DNA of 63,933 nucleotides, the filler included, from Octopus bimaculoides (Eukaryota), in assembly GCF_001194135.2 (NCBI RefSeq). It is 6 parts of 6 records of this genome, joined end to end, with 100 filler letters (N's around TTAATTAATTAA, not from the genome) between each part and the next. Parts side by side here need not be neighbours in the genome. Positions count along the whole stretch, not along the records: positions 1 to 29,593 come from NC_068981.1; 5 more parts are not named here. One strand, 5' to 3'. Below, piece after piece: positions 13,091 through 27,189 of this stretch; positions within the stretch are counted from its first letter, which is position 1, and every line of letters begins with the position of its first letter. The translations under genes and the position numbers were made by a program. The notes under the pieces were generated by a model. It was not told where the DNA came from, did not search any database, and saw nothing but the letters and a program-made list of their open reading frames with translations.

Positions 13091-14236
13091 AAATGCTACA
13101 CGTCAGCGGACGTATATAAAACATTTAGCAAAGCAAACGGTAGTGTCCCAGCATGGCCGCAGTTCTCGAGCAGAAAAGTATATATGTCGTTTTGTACGTG
13201 TGTGTGTGTGTATATATATATATATANNNNNNNNNNNNNNNNNNNNNNNNNNNNNNNNNNNNNNNNNNNNNNNNNNNNNNNNNNNNNNNNNNNNNNNNNN
13301 NNNNNNNNNNNNNNNNNNNNNNNNNNNNNNNNNNNNNNNNNNNNNNNNNNNNNNNNNNNNNNNNNNNNNNNNNNNNNNNNNNNNNNNNNNNNNNNNNNNN
13401 NNNNNNNNNNNNNNNNNNNNNNNNNNNNNNNNNNNNNNNNNNNNNNNNNNNNNNNNNNNNNNNNNNNNNNNNNNNNNNNNNNNNNNNNNNNNNNNNNNNN
13501 NNNNNNNNNNNNNNNNNNNNNNNNNNNNNNNNNNNNNNNNNNNNNNNNNNNNNNNNNNNNNNNNNNNNNNNNNNNNNNNNNNNNNNNNNNNNNNNNNNNN
13601 NNNNNNNNNNNNNNNNNNNNNNNNNNNNNNNNNNNNNNNNNNNNNNNNNNNNNNNNNNNNNNNNNNNNNNNNNNNNNNNNNNNNNNNNNNNNNNNNNNNN
13701 NNNNNNNNNNNNNNNNNNNNNNNNNNNNNNNNNNNNNNNNNNNNNNNNNNNNNNNNNNNNNNNNNNNNNNNNNNNNNNNNNNNNNNNNNNNNNNNNNNNN
13801 NNNNNNNNNNNNNNNNNNNNNNNNNNNNNNNNNNNNNNNNNNNNNNNNNNNNNNNNNNNNNNNNNNNNNNNNNNNNNNNNNNNNNNNNNNNNNNNNNNNN
13901 NNNNNNNNNNNNNNNNNNNNNNNNNNNNNNNNNNNNNNNNNNNNNNNNNNNNNNNNNNNNNNNNNNNNNNNNNNNNNNNNNNNNNNNNNNNNNNNNNNNN
14001 NNNNNNNNNNNNNNNNNNNNNNNNNNNNNNNNNNNNNNNNNNNNNNNNNNNNNNNNNNNNNNNNNNNNNNNNNNNNNNNNNNNNNNNNNNNNNNNNNNNN
14101 NNNNNNNNNNNNNNNNNNNNNNNNNNNNNNNNNNNNNNNNNNNNNNNNNNNNNNNNNNNNNNNNNNNNNNNNNNNNNNNNNNNNNNNNNNNNNNNNNNNN
14201 NNNNNNNNNATATATATATATATATATATATATGTA

Positions 14237-15508
14237 CACGAGGGTAAATCAAGAATTATACGCAATTTTGTGTCTGTAATCATGTGTCTGTAATTTATTA
14301 AAACAAAAGCAATGTTTGAACAATTACAACATTTTCCGACTTAGTCTCTTTGCTTTTTGATGACTTCTTCCAGCAGTCCACAAACTTGTTTATTCCATCA
14401 GAGAAGCAGTTTTACGGCTGATCGCGCAGTCATTTATGCACCTCTTTCTTCACTTCTTCGTCCGTAGAAAATTCACGACATCGTAATGGATGTTTGTGCG
14501 GTCCAAAGAGATGATAGTCAGAAGGGGCTGGACTCAGTTTTTCAATTTTCCAGTGCTTTCAGTTGTGTGGACAGCCATATGTGAGTGTACACTGACATGC
14601 AACAATAGCACTTGCTTTGACAAAAGGCCTCGTCCTTTGAGTGCGAATTGCAGGTTTTAGTTTGTTGGCCAGCATTTCACTGTAGTCTACACAGATGACT
14701 GTCGACCACCTTTACAGGTAATGTTCCAGAATAAGTTGAACCTTTAAGACTGAGCCTTCTGCAGAAGGCTCAGTCTTGAATTTATTTTTCGTTGCCGATT
14801 CCGGGTGTTTCCACCCCATATTCTGATTTTGGGATTCTGGCTCAAAGTGATGTATCCAGATCTCATCTGAGACTACTCCCTTAAAAAAAGCTTCGCCTTC
14901 ATCGTTGTAGCAGTCGAGTAAGCGTTGACAGGTAACTACACGACTGCGCTTTTGTGCTTCGGTAAGACCTCTTGGCATTCATTTCACACAGACCTAACAG
15001 AAGTGAAGCTAGTCCTGGATGGTTTCGTATGTAGAACCATGATTAATTTGCAGAGAACATGTCACCTAATCGATGGTTTCTCGTCGGTTCACCAATATTA
15101 CCTCTCAAGCTTGTTGAAACTTGGTGGAACTTGATTGGCATCCTAGTTCCTCTTCCTGCTTCACGCTTGACAGACCGTGTTTAAACCTCTCAATCCACTC
15201 ATACATACTTTTTACGCATAAGAATGTTGTCCCCACATTGTACTGAAAGCTTACGATGAATTTCATGCCCTATCACACCTTCAGACCAAAGAAATCGGTT
15301 CACTGATCTCTGTTCTTTGGTACATATTGCCAGTGGTGCGGCCATGCTTACTCTGTAACACAAAAGAAACAAAATCTGTAGCAACGAAAGTCCAAATTCG
15401 ATTTCGTAACCAAAAATGTGTCACCTTTCAGCACGCGAGCGCTGAAGGCATACAAACAGTCTAAAGAAAGTATTAGCCAAAGTACAGATAATTTTTGACT
15501 CCTTCTTG
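14237..15508 (-). mobile_element. Degenerate mariner (DD34D-type) DNA transposon, near full length
   Basis: N-terminal HTH (KEQRSVNRFLWSEGV..EIHRKL), VPR-like linker and VSDEIWIHHFEPES catalytic motif. Degenerate TIRs (cacgagggtaaatcaagaattat versus rc caagaaggagtcaaaaattat) flanked by TA. Confidence 0.85.
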
Positions 15509-15896
15509 TATATATTGAACATCTTAAAATGCCCCAAATGATATTTGATTATGATGATTTGCAAATTCCGGATATGGACACGCATGCTGAGGACAGTGTA
15601 TAAATCGTCTTAATCCACATGTGGATTTTACTCTATAATATAGAAGGTTTAAAGCAAAGTCAACCCCATCACAAAATGTATACTGTTCCAAAAAAGTTTA
15701 GAGGAGCCTATGCACTTTTATACTAGTTTCATTTTCCCCTCTGGCATATATTTTTATCCAGCGTCAATGAAAGGCAAGGTTGAATTAATATTGTAGCGCA
15801 AAATACACATAACTAAATTGCATGGAATGTTTTGTCAGGCGATCAATCAATTCGGCCTTCTACCGACTTAATGCTAATAATGCTTTATAACATATT

Positions 15897-16030
15897 CATA
15901 AGGCCACAGAATTTGTGTGGAAAGAGACAGTCCAACAAATCCGCATTAATACTTAAGTAATGCACAAGTAGAATGAAAATCAAAGTTGACCTCGGCGAAA
16001 TCTGATCTCAGAATTAAAGATATAACTTGC
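15897..16030 (-). mobile_element. Old SINE family B copy
   Basis: gaatgaaaatcaaagttgacctcggcgaaatctgatctcagaa matches the reverse complement of the family B core. Confidence 0.55.
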
Positions 16031-18074
16031 TACAACCAGCCCAATTTATCCATCACTCTAGCGGTTTCGCGAACTTAACACCTTTGAGATCTAAACATGT
16101 TATATAAGCAAAACAATAACATCAAAAATCTGAAATTTAACAAAATCGGGTGACTAAAATATTTATAGCATTGAAGTTGTAATATACATGAAGCAATTCC
16201 ACCTCATAGATATAAATCCTGCTATAGGCTTTGTCTTTTACGTGCTTCATTATAAAATTGAATATTTCAACGGAGTTGAAGTATGAGTGTCAGCATTTGT
16301 GGAAAAATTGCTAAATTTACAAAATTTAATACATTGTAAAGTAATTCTTTAAACGCTACTTACGTATCAAAGAAAATGAATCGAACAAAAAATGTGACAT
16401 TTGAAACTGATTTAAATCTACAACGGTGAGTTTAAATGAGGCCGTTCATAGAATTATTATAAAGCATGATTTGGTCTTAGTAATGTGAGAAAATGTCGGC
16501 AGTTTCACCAAATGTTTTGCTATATTTCATAAAAAAAAAAAGGAAACCGGTGCTCAGCAAAAGAAAAAAAAATGAAAAAAGAAAAAAATGAGTAGTGGAT
16601 AAAATGCTATGCAGTATTTAGTTATGGTCCTTTACATTCTGATTTCGAATCCTGCTGAGATCAATAACACATTTCACTTATAAATCATTTCTATTATGTT
16701 AAAATGTCGTATGTCCAAATTTGGCTAAATTCGTTTTTTTTTCCAATATTTGTTTTTTGCTTGCAAGAGCCGATTCTTTGGTCAAACTATCATATCTCCA
16801 GCTGCTTCAAATGCCAAGATATCAAATATTGTCGAAGTGTAGTACAAATTTTTTGCTATGGAAACTATTTTTTCGTTTTCTGAAAAAGCAAAGTTTTGGA
16901 CTTACGACACTTTTGCATAATCGATATATATGTGTGTGTGTGTGTGTCTGTGCGCGCGTGTGCGTGTGCGTGTGTGTGTGTGTGTGTATTTTTTACTTGT
17001 TTCAGTCATTAGACTTCAGCTATGTTAGGACACCANNNNNNNNNNNNNNNNNNNNNNNNNNNNNNNNNNNNNNNNNNNNNNNNNNNNNNNNNNNNNNNNN
17101 NNNNNNNNNNNNNNNNNNNNNNNNNNNNNNNNNNNNNNNNNNNNNNNNNNNNNNNNNNNNNNNNNNNNNNNNNNNNNNNNNNNNNNNNNNNNNNNNNNNN
17201 NNNNNNNNNNNNNNNNNNNNNNNNNNNNNNNNNNNNNNNNNNNNNNNNNNNNNNNNNNNNNNNNNNNNNNNNNNNNNNNNNNNNNNNNNNNNNNNNNNNN
17301 NNNNNNNNNNNNNNNNNNNNNNNNNNNNNNNNNNNNNNNNNNNNNNNNNNNNNNNNNNNNNNNNNNNNNNNNNNNNNNNNNNNNNNNNNNNNNNNNNNNN
17401 NNNNNNNNNNNNNNNNNNNNNNNNNNNNNNNNNNNNNNNNNNNNNNNNNNNNNNNNNNNNNNNNNNNNNNNNNNNNNNNNNNNNNNNNNNNNNNNNNNNN
17501 NNNNNNNNNNNNNNNNNNNNNNNNNNNNNNNNNNNNNNNNNNNNNNNNNNNNNNNNNNNNNNNNNNNNNNNNNNNNNNNNNNNNNNNNNNNNNNNNNNNN
17601 NNNNNNNNNNNNNNNNNNNNNNNNNNNNNNNNNNNNNNNNNNTATCCGTTTTCCTATCTATTGATATGTAGAATATATAGGTTTCTGAGATCGTTATGTA
17701 GTTCTTAGTAACAACCATTGGACCTTACCTATATCAGTAATGGCTTGGGAAAATGTCTGAGAATTGCAATTTTTTTCTTATTTATAATACATCGTGTATC
17801 TGGTGTGCTATGTCTTTGAAAAGATTTCGATTTCCAGTTTAAATCGATTGACTAGCTTGCAATACTACTATATTGAAAAATATATTGACAATCCAATCTC
17901 ATCCCTATCATCTATGAATATTTGGTTTCGATCTCAAGAAAGAACTGAATTCAATAGCTCTTATCGGGAACCGAAACCAAAAAGCAATTTCAATTTTTGC
18001 TTCACCAAATTCTATTTCACTTCATTTTGACTTATATGTAACCGTACACCGCTATCCATAATAACAAGGATTGC

Positions 18075-18250
18075 TGCTAGCAAAAGCACAAGTCTGAAAT
18101 TTGAAGGAGCGGGTTAGTAGATATCATTTTATCAATCCTGAAAGGATCTAATGGAGGGTTGCACTTGTCAAAATTTTAACTCAGAACGTAAAGAGGAGGG
18201 AAAAACATCCGCAAGGTATTTTGTCCGATGCTCTGACGATTCAGCCGATC
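18075..18250 (-). mobile_element. Old SINE family B copy
   Basis: ttttatcaatcctgaaaggat..ttttaactcagaacgtaaag..ctctgacgattc matches reverse-complemented family B. Confidence 0.55.
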
Positions 18251-19174
18251 AAACATTCTAACACAGCAACAATAATACTTTTCTAAATTGAAGTATGAAA
18301 CATTTATAATACTAATAATCATTGTATAAATATTTGTGAAATGCAAATAGTGACGTGCTAACTTGACGTGACGAGCGCGATAAATTTAAACAATAGAGAT
18401 CAAAGTTCTATGTTTGTGAAGTAACCAATAACGAAACAAAATAATCAGTGAGTTTGTTATTTTTGAAGAGAAGTCAGAAGAATTTATTAAGAGGTGTATT
18501 GATGCTCTGTTAGAATTGTTACTAAATACATCATGCATCTGTTGTTATTGTTGTTATTATTGTTGTCTAGCCCCAATTCAGTTCAGTCCTAATGAGCGCG
18601 TCTTCAATCAAAAGTCTTCTCCTTATCATTAAAGCATCGTCATTTTTATTTTCAGATATAGCATGCAGGAGCGGAACCGTTTAATTTAAACGAAATCAAA
18701 GGTGACAATGTCTTCGAAAACGTTCGTCACTAGGCGAATAAAATTTAACGCACACGACCCGTATTGAGCTCTTTGTTTGCATATGTTAATTGAACTTTTT
18801 TTAATGAGTCTTTTAATTAAAAACAGACCTCAAGTATCTGACACTACTGCATTATCTAATTCGTGATTCTTTCTTAGAGTGGTGAAGTGTGATTTGAATA
18901 TCATGTAACTAGCTTTAGCCGGATGAGCAGCTGTGTAGGGAAAGGCTTCTAGTCGGATTGAGCATATACCTGGTTATCAAGTAGAGGAGAAGGTTAAGAT
19001 CAGAGATTAACTTAGTTGTAGAACATTGAAACATCATTCAGGAAACAGACAAGTAGTTTTGATTAGTTTTGATGCTTTATAAAAATTCACACGCGACAGT
19101 AGAATAGAATGTTATTTCTTCATAGATAGCTGCTGTGAACGTTGAAATTCACTGCTAATTCATGTGGTTGTTAT

Positions 19175-19265
19175 TGTCGTTTAGCTCCAGGTCATCTTTG
19201 ATTACTCAGACAAACGATCAAAGACATTCCAGGTGTGATCATCCTGTCTTTTCATGCATCCATTT
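19175..19265 (+). repeat. Dispersed repeat family E, unclassified (related copies at ~18560, ~48640, ~50670)
   Basis: Shared motif tttagc(c/t)ccaggtca..gatcaaa(a)ga..ttc(c/t)ag..gtga(t/c)c..cctgtc. Confidence 0.4.
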
Positions 19266-19939
19266 TTGTTTAGTTCTTCCTTTTTTTCAGATGTAAATCT
19301 ATGATTTGAGAGAGAGTTGGCAATTATTTCAACAAATAATACGACTACATAATGTCTCGTACGATTTCTGTTGCTGCTTTGTTCAATACCAATCAGGAAC
19401 GCACTAATCAAGAACGCTTATGATCACAGACATTCAAATCATGGTTTATTTTGTCTTCGTGGTAGTGTACCCTTGGTTAAACTATCCAATGCAGTGGTTT
19501 CTTTAATCAAGAAGGATGTAGTTTTGAGGAAAATTTAGCAACTACTTCTTGTAGTTTGAACGTCTACATTTACAAGAATTTCACTTTGATTCACTGCTCA
19601 TGTGGTATGAATGAATGGATACGAACAGCTCGCCGGCTCAAAATATAATGTTAACGTTTCTCTCTATATTGCAGAGAAGTACATTTTATACAATATTATC
19701 CCACTGTATCCAGTTATCGATAATAGATAAAGGATTATTCAGGAATATTATCTGCAGTCGAACATAATTCTTTTCATGGGAGAATTTTATCTCTAATCTG
19801 CTTCTCACCCTCACCAGAAAGCACGGTCCATTAAAAGCTTCTGTGGGCTTCGGAAGCATTAAAATTACAATTATATTTTTATTATTGTTGTTCTTGATAT
19901 TATTGTAGTTGCTATTGTTGTCGATTTTTATTTGCTTAC

Positions 19940-20130
19940 ATCCTGGTCAGTCGCAATAAAGCAAAACCGTATGGAGTGGTTTGAAAGTAATATGGCTCTT
20001 ATTTCTGGTAAGTCCACCGACCTAGTGAAGTCATCCTCTGTGATTTGTTTATATTTGTTTTTGGTTGCTAATACAAGTATATGAGCCCTTTTTTGAACTG
20101 ATAATATGATTCGTATAGGACACTCAATTC
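19940..20130 (-). CDS. Candidate coding exon (GIECPIRIILSVQKRAHILVL..RFCFIATDQD)
   Basis: 191-nt open frame between acceptor tttgaacttatacttag and donor GAT|gtaagc. The plus strand also shows a donor (CTG|gtaagt, ~20006), so the strand is ambiguous. Confidence 0.25.
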
Positions 20131-21949
20131 CTAAGTATAAGTTCAAATGTACAAGCAAATATTCCTTAGGGCAGTAAATGTAATTCTGAATGTTTCAGTT
20201 TAGTTGAATGTCAGGATTGGACAGAAGCTAATTTGTCTTAAGGTCTATCAATATTACATTCACTTTTATAGGAATATTTAATCGACCACATACTTTATAT
20301 TCTATCGACTCTGGAAATCTGAAAGTCAAAGTTGATCTCGGAGAGATTTGAATTAATAATTCCACCGCAGTTGACATTTGACAATGGAACATGCAACAGG
20401 TTGACGTCCTATTCATGAGGACGTAGAATTCTCATTCGCATAACATTGCAAAACCTGAGATATGCAGTGATTTTACATAATTTATTCCAGCACATACGAG
20501 TGCAATCTTAGATTGTCACTACATGTCCGTATGCTATTTGCAAACCAGTGAAGGAGACTTCATGTAATCACACGCTATGCTGTAACTAGCACCAAAATCT
20601 TCTACAAATCACACAATGTCTTAAAAGAGTACATGAACACACTGGCAAATGTAGTTATAGATACACTATGTTTGAAACTTTGACAAAGGGGTCACGACTG
20701 AAACGCTTTTGGTCATTTGTCTGATCGTTCAGGACTAACATGGCGCTAAAAAGAATCACAACAATAATGAGACGTTTGTATCAAAAGAATACGTTTCATA
20801 AAAAAGGTAATGTATATGCAAAAGTGTTTTTCATAGTAATTATTAAAATGAAAATATATCATTAAAAATTTACATGAAAATGTTTCAGTTAATGACGCGT
20901 GTGCCGATTTTCTGTAATAAAAGAATTCAACTAATGAGATAAGAAGAATAATTCAAGCTAACGATATCAAGGGAAAGTCTTTTAACTGCAATGATTGTAA
21001 TGAAACGATTTTTTTTCTCTTTTAAATTGTATCTCTGCTTCAGAAAACATTTCAATTCCATTAAAATTTCAATTAAAAGGGTAATAACCCTGAACTACAG
21101 ATATAAAAAAATATTTATCAGTTTCAAACTTTCAATGTGCTTCAAAGTAGAAAAGTTATATTTCAGAAGATAGGTGTTCATCATTCATGCATATATACAT
21201 ACACACATATATATACCAATATTTATAAATATGTAATAGAATAGTACCTGTCAAAGATGACTTGACTACCCCTCCATTTTATGAAGGACTAGTTAACAAG
21301 CTAAGAATAGCAAGACTGACCTTGGCTATATTTGAACTCATAGAGTAGAAATTTATGACTAAATACTGCCGAGCATTTTTATATAACGTTCTTATAGTTG
21401 TGCCAATGTACTCAGTAAGTATGTACCAGATAAAGTACTGCGGAAGATATCGATCAAAATCCTTAAAGCATGGCACCTTAACATAGTGAACCAGCAGCAG
21501 ATTATAAAAGCTTATGTAGATAGACACGTTTTTAATGTATGTATCTGTATGTTTGTCTAATGTGTGTATGCATCAAGGTCTATGTATCTGCAACAAACGC
21601 CAAGTGCTACGTATTTTTCACAAGTGCCGACAACCCATGCATGAATAACTTTCCCTTTACACCTCTGTATTCTATAAGCCCGTGTGCTAATTTCTATATT
21701 TTATAGTTAAATATTTATTCAAATCTTTCCCCTCTCTCTCTCCGCCCCCTCTCTCTCTCTCTCTCTCTCTTCGTACAACTCTCAGTCGCATGTTGTCTCT
21801 TCTCACTGTTCTTTTTGTAACAGTGTTCCTCTGTTTAAAGCTGCCTAGATTTGGAGTAATATTGATGAATATTGTGGCAGATATATTCTAAAAGAAAACA
21901 AATAGAAATATGTATATACATAACTACACATACGAGCGCACACGCCCAT

Positions 21950-21995
<46 letters not shown>

Positions 21996-22137
21996 GAATA
22001 TATGTTTACACGTACTTCTTTATCTCTTTTAATAGGATCTACTATTACAGAGAGGTGGGAAGTGCGTATATAAGTGCATGTCTGAGTGAATTAGAGGATG
22101 TAGGGATTATGTGAACATTAACATAGAGTTATATATG

Positions 22138-22168
<31 letters not shown>

Positions 22169-22184
22169 ATATTTCAAAGATGGC

Positions 22185-22355
22185 AATTGGGGTTTCCATA
22201 CTGTACTGTTTTTACTTACAAATTCACTGACCAGATATTATAGACTCGGTGCTATAGTAGAAGACACCTACCCAAAGTACCACGTATTGGGAATGAGCCT
22301 GAAGCCATGTGGTTGCAAAGAGAACTTAATCGCACTGGCATGTCTCTGCCTGTTC
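22185..22355 (-). mobile_element. Old SINE family A head/body
   Basis: ctatagtagaagacacctacccaaagtaccacg..gaagccatgtggttg is the reverse complement of the family A head. Confidence 0.7.
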
Positions 22356-23650
22356 AGAATAGCATTTGCACATGTATTTATATTTTACATACAACCTACA
22401 TGGTGTGATATACTTTTCGTGAGCTGGTAACTACAAATCGTAACGATATCGGAATCTTTCAAGACCAGCTTCCCCTTAAGCGGTGTCCAACAATATTATT
22501 GTTACTAGGATATGATGGGATATTATTAGTACAATGCACTCTTATTCACTCACAAACGCACATGCATACACACACGTATGTATGCGTGTATGTGCATGTG
22601 TATATTTCTATGTATGCACACATGTGAATGTGTATGTTATAACGAACGAAAGAACATTACTCAGCATTTATCGCAAAATTAATGAATTCACCTGATACAA
22701 TCTGCATCGTTATGTTGCACTTCTATGTCCTCAAACGGTTCGTTAACGCGATTATTAAAATTAACAATATTATGGCAAAATTCAAGATGGCGCAGAAACG
22801 GAACCACCTTTCTTGCAGGGTCCAAACGCATGAATATCGCATAAATTAAATTATGCTATTCCTCTCCCTTTCTCCTATCTTCTCTCAGAATCTACCATGT
22901 AGTGCAGTGTCAAAACATGACAGACAACTCTCGTTGATTATTTACGAGAAGATTATCTCTCTCACTCTGTGGCAGAAAAAGACTGTAGTGACTGAGGCGC
23001 TTGTAGAGTATTGCACTTCATGATGATGATGGTGATGCATCGGTCTGGATTGTCTATTTAATTGCATCTGTTTGCGGAGAATTGGGCAAGTCTTTCTTCT
23101 TGGGAGGATGACTGTCATTTGCTTTTAAATGCAAGTCTCCGCTTCCAGTTCGACTTCTGCATAGTCATATACTAAGCATTGTTGTGAGAAGGCAAAGAGT
23201 CAAAATAGATATCCGGAGGTATCTCGACCGACTCACTATTGGTTTCATCGATCCAACGCTCTGGGTGTGTATTTTTTAAGTTTTTATCCACTCCGAAATG
23301 ATGAAATGCAATGACACCGGCGTGATTTGATCTCAGAGAACAGAGTATTGTAACACTGGGCATTCCCTCGAATGCTCCAGCAACTCTGCCCATCGGCCTT
23401 AGACATATGCAATATATATATATATATATATATATATACAAATATATATGTAAAAATGTGTGTGTATTTGTGCATGTGCGTGTGTGCGTGCGTGTCTACA
23501 TATTACTCACACATATACGCCTTTATATATATAATAGACATATATACATATACAAAACATATATATATATATATGTTTTTACATGCATACATTCATGTAT
23601 ATATATACAAAACATATATATTATATATATATATATAAAGACATATACGT

Positions 23651-23715
<65 letters not shown>

Positions 23716-24149
23716 TGACATGAGTGATTCTTTCTTGTGTATTTTCTTGTCTTGGGATTCACGGTCGAACGGCTCCGTAGAATTGCACGAAAAATTACAC
23801 AGATGTGTCGAATTATCCGGTGGTGTTGCTGGGTTTTGCATTTTTTCATAGCTCCCATGGTTACTGAGATAATCTACTACAATAATACTCTTGTGTTTAT
23901 GAATGAGAAAGGAAGGGGTGATATATATATATATANNNNNNNNNNTGTGTGTGTGTGTGTGTGTGTGTGTGTGAGTGTGTGTGTGCGTATAATGCGGGTG
24001 TCTTATTCGCAAATTTACAACCTAAAAGCAGAAATATAGACATCGCTAACGTGAGTAAAGGCACTAATCAGCACCAGTATTGCTAGACATAAGAATCAAA
24101 ACAATTCAATTGGCACGAAACGTACTCTCTTAATGACTAACAAGGAAGG

Positions 24150-25290
24150 TAAGCTCCCTGCAGTAGTGGGTGTAGCCAGACCATCGATGATTTAGCATTC
24201 TTTTAATGCTCATCAGTTGCTCTTACTGCGCCTTCTTTGTCAGTCATTAAGACAGTCATGTTCCATGCTGGGGAACAACTGATAGTCAGATGTGGCCAAA
24301 TCAGAAGAATAAGCAGGCTCATCAACCAGTTCAGAGTCACACTCACCACAACAGCCATTGAAACGAAGTTTCTTGTGTGCTAGAGCATTGTCTTGATGAA
24401 ACAAGCCTCCGTTCGTCACTTTTGCTGGGCGTTTGTTCTTGGTAGACTTTTGTAACTTCAAGTTGACATTGTACTCTCCATTGATGGTGTTGCCCTTTTT
24501 AAGATAGTCAATAAACACAATGCCTTTCGCATCCCTAAAAGCCGAGGCATCACTTCTCCTCCAAATGAAACAACTTTGGTCTACTTTGGAGCAGGTGAGG
24601 AGGGCTGGTACCTCTGCATGGATTGTCTCTTTGTTTCTGGATCAAAATGATGAACTCAACACTCATCCTGGATTAGGAAGCGTTAAAAAAAAACAACTAG
24701 ATTTGTTTGAAACAACGTCAGATTTTCCTGTGATGTGATCCGAATGGTGCTCTTTAGAATACGTTTTAGAAGACGTGTAACCTGCCAAGCAGGAACGTCA
24801 GTAATGACAAGTTCATTGTGTAGAATATTAGAATATCTCACAGGGGATATGTTAATAGTATTGATTCTTTGATTCAATCGCCTGTCATCCTTTACTATGT
24901 GGTAAACACGATCAACGTTTCCCTCGGTGGTGATACCTGCAAGACGTCTAAAGCTTAGACATCTTCAAGACTCCTTTCCTCTCATAAATTCAGCTGCCCA
25001 CTTTTGCACTGCTGATAAATCTGGGGCGTCATCCTCTAATGTAGCAACCATGTTTACATGAATATCCTTGCAGTCTAAACCCTTTTCCCTTCAGGTGCTT
25101 GATAGCACCACGATGCTAAATTGTATCTATTTTCAAAAGAAGTCGCTACTGGAGATATTGAAGACTGCTTTGAACAGTCAGATGTGAGTTTACTTGCAAG
25201 GAAACAATGTAATTATTAATAAAGGGAGTCGTAATTAATGCATGCAAAATTTCACAGCTCTAGCATCACTCCTTCATATTCTTCATGGTC
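24150..25290 (-). mobile_element. Degenerate mariner transposon (irritans/Himar1-like, DD34D)
   Basis: Motifs HRGAIKHLKGKG (HTH), NILHNELV.., DECWVHHFDPETKRQSMQ, DYLKKGNTINGEY, FHQDNA, PAYSSDLATSDYQLFP; many stops and frameshifts. Confidence 0.88.
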
Positions 25291-25314
25291 TATGAAAGTT
25301 TCAGTTCACCCTTG

Positions 25315-25315
<1 letters not shown>

Positions 25316-25391
<76 letters not shown>
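25316..25391. repeat. (TCTA)n microsatellite
   Basis: Directly visible. Confidence 0.95.
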
Positions 25392-25392
<1 letters not shown>

Positions 25393-25872
25393 AATACATA
25401 CATATACATACATTTATATGTATATATTTATGCNNNNNNNNNNNNNNNNNNNNNNNNNNNNNNNNNNNNNNNNNNNNNNNNNNNNNNNNNNNNNNNNNNN
25501 NNNNNNNNNNNNNNNNNNNNNNNNNNNNNNNNNNNNNNNNNNNNNNNNNNNNNNNNNNNNNNNNNNNNNNNNNNNNNNNNNNNNNNNNNNNNNNNNNNNN
25601 NNNNNNNNNNNNNNNNNNNNNNNNNNNNNNNNNNNNNNNNNNNNNNNNNNNNNNNNNNNNNNNNNNNNNNNNNNNNNNNNNNNNNNNNNNNNNNNNNNNN
25701 NNNNNNNNNNNNNNNNNNNNNNNNNNNNNNNNNNNNNNNNNNNNNNNNNNNNNNNNNNNNNNNNNNNNNNNNNNNNNNNNNNNNNNNNNNNNNNNNNNNN
25801 NNNNNNNNNNNNNNNNNNNNNNNNNNNNNNNNNNNNNNNNNNNNNNNNNNNNNNNNNNNNNNNNNNNNNNNN

Positions 25873-25915
<43 letters not shown>

Positions 25916-26408
25916 ATACGTTTTCCATAGACAGACATAAATGTATACATGTATAGTTTTTAAACAGCTATACAAACTGAACCATTGCATTTTCATTTTT
26001 GAATTGCAGAAGATGACATCACAACAATACATTCCATTGGCAGCTATTTCTTACTTCAGTTATAGCTATATCATTAAGATGAATTTCAGTGGTTAACCCT
26101 AGAGAATAATTATATACACATTCAAGACTGTGGACCAAATAAAGCTTGAAAATTACGAACAAGCAATACCACCGGGACAAATTTTAATGTCTTATATTAT
26201 CGCAAGTAATTTTACAGTCTTGATATCTCTCATTAAAGTCAATCCTCTATTGCAAAGACTATCATCTTAATTTTAGCAATAATTTTCAAATTTACATTTC
26301 GTGATTGTACAGACAGACAAATACACGCACATGCAAGCACAGACAACGACACACAGCTCATAAGCACATATACACATATGCACGTGCACTCTGAGTGTGA
26401 GCATATCA

Positions 26409-26466
<58 letters not shown>

Positions 26467-26529
26467 TGATTGGTCTGTCTTTATACATTCATATACATAT
26501 ACACACATATAAACACTATATATGTATAT

Positions 26530-26599
<70 letters not shown>

Positions 26600-26867
26600 A
26601 TGTATATATATGCATCTATATATGAATATGTATTGTGTATATATAATGTATGCGTGATATATACATATACATATATATATGTATATATAAATTCTTTGTT
26701 TGCCTGTCTGTGTATCTATTTGTTCCTTATGCATTCTCAAACGGCTCCACCTAATCAAATTTTACAAGGTAATAGTATCAGACCCCACGAGTGACAACAT
26801 GTAATTTTTATTTCCATTTCCATTTAAACAATGACATTTTATCTCAAATAATCTTTCTATAGTCAAT

Positions 26868-27170
26868 ATAGTAAAGGATATTTTATATCGTGACGACTAA
26901 ACATTTTGCATTTGAGTGTGTATGTGTCAGTGAGTTTATGTTTGTTTGTGTGTTCGTTACGTACGAGATAATAAAGGACATTCTATACCACATCGACGGC
27001 AACGAAATATTGTATATGAGTGTGCTTGTGTCTGTGAGCGTGTGTGTGTGTATGTTTGCGCGTTCCTTACCTACGACATAGTAAAGGACATTTTATACCA
27101 ACACGACGATGACACATTTTGCATATGCGTACGTATGTAAGAGTGTATGTCTGTGTGAGTGTATGTGTGA
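26868..27170 (+). repeat. About three tandem units of ~105 bp
   Basis: Each unit starts (g/a)taaagga(t/c)att(t/c)tata.. (~26871, ~26971, ~27081) and ends in a TG-rich tract. Confidence 0.75.
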
Positions 27171-27189
27171 TTGTCAATTACAGTGATAT

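Noticed and set aside
23720-23900. Protein-like frames on both strands between (TA)n tracts
   Set aside because: No usable donor site and no recognisable motif.
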